DNA of 64,000 bases. Origin: a virus. The first letter of the stretch is position 1; each line of letters begins with the position of its first letter. Under the pieces are notes generated by a model, which saw only the letters and a list, made by a program, of their open reading frames with translations, was not told where the DNA came from and did not search any database. Where the stretch lies: positions 37,995 through 101,994 of IMG/VR virus record IMGVR_UViG_3300043468_001540. One strand, written 5' to 3'. Below, piece by piece: positions 60,061-64,000 of the stretch. Made by a program: the position numbers and the translations under genes.

Positions 60061-60180
60061 TTAGAAAAATAACGCCCCAAGTATAAATCCAGCAAGAAAG
60101 CCCAAACCAAAAATAAATTGAGCCGGATATTCACTAGTTAGTTTGTTAAGTTTAATTATTAATGATTCTAATTTTTTCAT
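60061..60180 (-). CDS. 39-aa tail-anchored membrane peptide
   Basis: Not in the ORF track: MKKLESLIIKLNKLTSEYPAQFIFGLGFLAGFILGALFF*. Fills the gap between neighbours with 2-nt and 1-nt spacing. Confidence 0.65.
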   Translation of the reverse strand: MKKLESLIIKLNKLTSEYPAQFIFGLGFLAGFILGALFF

Positions 60181-60182
60181 AA

Positions 60183-60785
60183 TTACAATATTCCTTTTAT
60201 TCTAAGATAAGTTGCTCCACCAATAGTTAATAAAAGTATAACTATAATAATATTTCTTTTTAAAATTGCTAAATCTTTTTCAACTAACTGCTTTTGCATA
60301 CGATTAAGATCTTGCACCATTTTATTAGCATAAGCTTCCTGACGCGCCAATTCGTCATCAACTTCGCTTTTGAATTTCAAAGTTTGCTCGTAATCTCTTT
60401 TCAATTGCGCAAAAGTGTCCTTATCTTTCAATAACTGTTGGTATTCTTCTGAATTAACGACAACAACAGTATCATTCTTATATTCAGCGGGTATAACTAA
60501 AACGCGTTGTTTATTAACTTGAATTGGAACCTTTGGCTTCGCAGAACTTGTAACAACTGGAATTGTTACTGTTTTATAAACTGGTACTATTTCAATTTTA
60601 TTTTTTGGCGGCTTAACTATGCGCGCAGCCTCGGATGCATATGTCGTGGCCAAGTCAACGCGCGCTTTTTCAAACGAATCTCTTGTTGCATAAACTGCTC
60701 GTGATAAAGCTTGAGATTGTTTTTCAGTATAAACAGTACAAGCCGGTAATAGTAAAAATATTAAAAACAAAAAATATTTATTCAT
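60183..60785 (-). CDS. lipoprotein with C-terminal TM helix (unimolecular-spanin architecture)
   Basis: Signal peptide II MNKYFLFLIFLLLPAC; coiled coil; C-terminal IIIVILLLTIGGATYL; located in the lysis cassette. Confidence 0.65.
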   Translation of the reverse strand: MNKYFLFLIFLLLPACTVYTEKQSQALSRAVYATRDSFEKARVDLATTYASEAARIVKPPKNKIEIVPVYKTVTIPVVTSSAKPKVPIQVNKQRVLVIPAEYKNDTVVVVNSEEYQQLLKDKDTFAQLKRDYEQTLKFKSEVDDELARQEAYANKMVQDLNRMQKQLVEKDLAILKRNIIIVILLLTIGGATYLRIKGIL

Positions 60786-60863
60786 ATATATTATATTTAC
60801 ATTAAAAAATTAATTTAAACATATTAAATAACTCGTTATAGTCTAACGAATAAGTTTTTAACT

Positions 60864-62501
60864 TTAAAATTTTCTATGAATTTTTAGTCTAGGATATTTT
60901 ACACTAGTATTTCCTCTTAATTGGTAATTAAAGTCTGGAATTGTCATACCAGAATATTTTCTAAATGGATAATTGTATAGATATAAATTAGCCGCCCCTT
61001 CAAACCTACCATACTCGTCAGAAGGGTCATCTGTTAAAGCGTTTGGAATAGATAACTTTTCTGTTATAAATTTTAAAACGTCAGCTTGTGTTAATTTTGG
61101 AAATCTTTGCATTAGACACGCAATAACCCCACAGACTTGAGGTGAAGCCATACTCGTTCCGCTGTATTTGTCTAGACGAAAATTACTGTTTCTCGGATCA
61201 GTAATTCCGTCGGTGTGAACAGAACTTATAATGGAACTTCCCGGAGACCATACGTTAATTCTAGGTCCATAGTTACTATAATACGCCTTCATCTCGACTC
61301 CAGCTGAATTAGTGTTTTCTACGGCTCCAACGCATATAACATTTGCATCCGACGGTGGGCTCGATCCCCGATGGTAATTATCCCAGGTTCCGAATGACTG
61401 AACTGCGTCATCCCATGATATTCCATTTGGCACGTCAATTTTCGTTGTCTCATTTCCCGCCGAGCCGACCATTATTATACCATCATTTATTGCGTCCTGA
61501 ACGTCAATCTCCATAGCTGCGTCTCTAATAGGTACAAGAACTGTGTTTGCATTAATTGGTACAATATTATAATTATAAAATAATTGACTAATAGTAAAAG
61601 GCCCAGTGAAAACAGTGCCTTGAAACAATACTCTAGTTATGTTCGAAACCGCTACTTGTAAACCATAACCCCAACTACAATTAACAACCGTCGGATTAGT
61701 TAATCCTGTAGTGGGATTTACGATTTTAGCATTATGAAAAGCTCTTATATAATCAAAATGAAATGCGATGTCAATGTTATTAACATCTGTTCCATAAGGA
61801 TTAATATTGTATATGTTAGCTCTTCTTGCCCATCCCTGTCGATTACCAGCTACGGTCCCAGCAACGTGCATTCCATGATTATTATCATCCGTTCTATCTG
61901 GATTCCCTGTATCATTGTATGGAGTATAAATATATGTTCCATTAGCTCCACCTTGTACTACCGACCTATGTAAAAGCCAATTATATTGAATTACCCTACT
62001 CCCACCAGTTCCATCTGCATTCAATGCCATTTCTGGGTGAGCGGGATTAACCATGCCATCCGAAATCACGACATCTACATTTAAGCCATCGCTTGAACTA
62101 ATAATTTGCCTGTCTCCAGGCGTACAAAAAGTAGTTCCCCAATCAGAGATATTTTGATTTAAACTGCATCGAAGCAGTCCCCAATTGATATCATTAATAT
62201 TTTGATCGCCACATTTATCCCAATCCGAAGATCTTTGTATCCAATGCGGTCTAACACGGACACCTCGTTGATGAGGCGAAACCTGCACATTAATAATACC
62301 ACTTTCATTTTTTATTTTTTCAGCCTCACTATCTGTGAGTAGATAATGAGTATTTCTACTAGTTGGTCTACGATGAATTACTTCCACTTTTCTATTAGGA
62401 ATAAATTCACCTCCGCTATTGGACTCCATTTTCTCATAGAGCGCATCAAGCTGGCTTTTATCTTCAACAGATATAATGTATTCTTTTAAATCCTCGGTCA
62501 T
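60864..62501 (-). CDS. subtilisin-like S8 serine peptidase
   Basis: VVISDG (Asp), NNHGMHVAGTVAG (His), SAGN oxyanion, YSGTSMASPQVCG (Ser); N-terminal prodomain-like region. Confidence 0.93.
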   Translation of the reverse strand: MTEDLKEYIISVEDKSQLDALYEKMESNSGGEFIPNRKVEVIHRRPTSRNTHYLLTDSEAEKIKNESGIINVQVSPHQRGVRVRPHWIQRSSDWDKCGDQNINDINWGLLRCSLNQNISDWGTTFCTPGDRQIISSSDGLNVDVVISDGMVNPAHPEMALNADGTGGSRVIQYNWLLHRSVVQGGANGTYIYTPYNDTGNPDRTDDNNHGMHVAGTVAGNRQGWARRANIYNINPYGTDVNNIDIAFHFDYIRAFHNAKIVNPTTGLTNPTVVNCSWGYGLQVAVSNITRVLFQGTVFTGPFTISQLFYNYNIVPINANTVLVPIRDAAMEIDVQDAINDGIIMVGSAGNETTKIDVPNGISWDDAVQSFGTWDNYHRGSSPPSDANVICVGAVENTNSAGVEMKAYYSNYGPRINVWSPGSSIISSVHTDGITDPRNSNFRLDKYSGTSMASPQVCGVIACLMQRFPKLTQADVLKFITEKLSIPNALTDDPSDEYGRFEGAANLYLYNYPFRKYSGMTIPDFNYQLRGNTSVKYPRLKIHRKF

Positions 62502-62506
62502 TATGT

Positions 62507-64000
62507 TTATAGTTTTATAAAATTAAATTGAACCGTATAAGCAGCGCTTGAACCCCTTGTATTTGTAACTGCGATTGGAATTAAGTTATTTGCTCCCTCG
62601 TTATACCCAATAGTTGCAGGGGCAAATCTTATCAAACCGTTGCCAGTAGCAACACATTCCGCCATTAAATATACATTTGAGGCTGGATCTTGATCTATAG
62701 TACGAGCTGCGTCGCTAGTTCTACTCGCTGTATCATAGTATAATTTGACCCAAGCTCCAGAGGCCCCACTTACAGATATTAACCCATAAGATTGACAGCC
62801 GAAATCAACAGTACCATTAAATGTACCATTTGCGGTAATAGAAGTTGTAGTAATACTAGCTGTTCCGCGAGTAATAGCACCAGCTTCTCCACTAATTAAA
62901 ACTGGAGTTCCATTAACAGTTGGCTTTGACGCAAAACTTTTCACGCCGCTTATTGTTTGATTGCCAGTAGTAAATACCGCAGAGTTTAAAAGTATTTTGT
63001 CTCCAGTAGACATTAACCCTGACTCTATAGTTGTCGCGATAGCGGCAGAAATTTTATTTGCAGTTATTGTTCCGTTAACATGAAGTTCTGTTGCCGGGGT
63101 ATCAGTAAAAATACCAATTTTATTATTACTGCCTACGTTATCTTTAAACTTCCATATTGGATAACCATTAGTAGAATCTATTTCTAAAATAGTTGATCCA
63201 CCTTGTCTTATAAATAATTTATCATCTATGCCTCCGCTAATTATATAATCAGCACCGAAAGTATCATTAAAAACAATTGAGCTAGATTTGGGAACTGTTA
63301 AGGATGACGTAATATTATTTGATATAAAATTTCCATTACTATCACGAAGTACGATTGTACCAGTAACATTACTAGCTGTAGCGCTAGTTCTAGCATTATT
63401 TAATGTCCCTCCGGTAATATCAGAAGCAGAATGAAAATGTCCAGTATTAGACTTGCCACTTAATAAGGCGTTAATTTCAGACTTAGAGTAAGAAGTAGCG
63501 CTAGTAATATATCCGCTTGGATTCGAGGCGGCGTAAAACGCGCCAGTTTGCGTATTAGCTACGTAGTTGGAAAGATTTACGCCAGTAATAAATCCGTTTG
63601 GATTCGAGGCGGCGTAAAAGGAACCTGTCTGCGTATTACGAATATATCCGCTTGGATTCGAGGCGGCGTAAAACGCGCCAGTTTGCGTATTAGCTACGTA
63701 GTTGGAAAGATTTACGCCAGTAATAAATCCGTTTGGATTCGAGGCGGCGTAAAAGGAACCTGTCTGCGTATTACGAATATATCCGCTTGGATTCGAGGCG
63801 GCGTAAAACGCGCCAGTTTGCGTATTAGCTACGTAGTTGGAAAGATTTAAACTTGCGCTTGTCACAAATCCGCTTGGATTCGAGGCGGCGTAAAAGGAAC
63901 CTGTCTGCGTATTACGAATATATCCGCTTGGATTCGAGGCGGCGTAAAACGCGCCAGTTTGCGTATTAGCTACGTAGTTGGAAAGATTTAAACTTGCGCT
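62507..64000 (-). CDS. tail fibre-like protein (5' end beyond the window)
   Basis: The frame stays open from 63865 to 64000. Tandem NTQTGxFYAASNPxG repeats; HFHSASDI, IVLRDSNGNF, IGIFTDTPATELHVNG and TGNQTISGVKSF fibre motifs. Confidence 0.75.
   Translation of the reverse strand, partial: SASLNLSNYVANTQTGAFYAASNPSGYIRNTQTGSFYAASNPSGFVTSASLNLSNYVANTQTGAFYAASNPSGYIRNTQTGSFYAASNPNGFITGVNLSNYVANTQTGAFYAASNPSGYIRNTQTGSFYAASNPNGFITGVNLSNYVANTQTGAFYAASNPSGYITSATSYSKSEINALLSGKSNTGHFHSASDITGGTLNNARTSATASNVTGTIVLRDSNGNFISNNITSSLTVPKSSSIVFNDTFGADYIISGGIDDKLFIRQGGSTILEIDSTNGYPIWKFKDNVGSNNKIGIFTDTPATELHVNGTITANKISAAIATTIESGLMSTGDKILLNSAVFTTGNQTISGVKSFASKPTVNGTPVLISGEAGAITRGTASITTTSITANGTFNGTVDFGCQSYGLISVSGASGAWVKLYYDTASRTSDAARTIDQDPASNVYLMAECVATGNGLIRFAPATIGYNEGANNLIPIAVTNTRGSSAAYTVQFNFIKL
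63507..64000 (-). repeat. near-perfect coding tandem repeat (135/135/141-bp periods)
   Basis: GAAAGATTTA recurs at 63570, 63705, 63840 and 63981; GGATTCGAGGCGGCGTAAAA occurs 7 times. Confidence 0.95.

Noticed and set aside
60833-60849. Terminator after the S8 peptidase (TCGTTA/TAACGA stem)
   Set aside because: Only a 6-bp AT-rich stem with no clean U-tract; too weak to call.
1968-63850. Short opposite-strand or off-frame ORFs in the track (e.g. 6701..7210+, 21875..22216+, 27449..27823-, 56980..57252+, 63548..63850+)
   Set aside because: They overlap well-supported genes almost entirely, have no motifs, and mirror the codon or repeat structure of the real gene.
63507-64000. CRISPR-like array
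   Set aside because: The sequences between repeats are themselves repeated, all periods are multiples of 3 within an open frame, and no cas genes are present.
1-64000. Stop-codon reassignment, tRNAs, DGR or integrase
   Set aside because: Long ORFs tile the window under the standard code with TAA, TAG and TGA all used as stops. No cloverleaf, reverse transcriptase or integrase motifs were seen, and the intergenic gaps are short.

Overview
A 64-kb, AT-rich segment of a large tailed dsDNA phage genome, standard genetic code, with almost all genes on the minus strand (a short plus-strand block at 13.8-18.6 kb). From left to right: (1) a glycan-modification cluster (three FkbM-type methyltransferases, GT2/GT-A enzymes, a GT6 ABO-type glycosyltransferase, an NDP-sugar epimerase; further right a sulfotransferase and GT4/GT9-like enzymes); (2) DNA metabolism and regulation (RecA/UvsX-like recombinase, class Ia ribonucleotide reductase nrdA/nrdB, a sigma-factor-like protein, ssDNA-binding/annealing candidates, and a hairpin cluster at the strand switch); (3) a long virion module (protease-scaffold, major capsid, head-tail proteins, tail tube, chaperones, a 2717-aa tape measure protein, large tail/baseplate proteins, a trypsin-like protease); (4) a lysis cassette, a subtilisin and a repeat-rich fibre gene that runs off the right end. 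The standout observation is the tape measure protein: about 1000 central residues are split into cassettes by a repeated peptide motif (GYIPNFA, 5 exact copies and 2 degenerate). The cassettes include a PD-(D/E)xK nuclease-like domain and a P-loop kinase fused to a HIGH-family nucleotidyltransferase. This suggests a tape-measure polyprotein that delivers enzymes into the host at injection, possibly released by proteolysis. All family calls come from motif recognition by eye; no searches were run.
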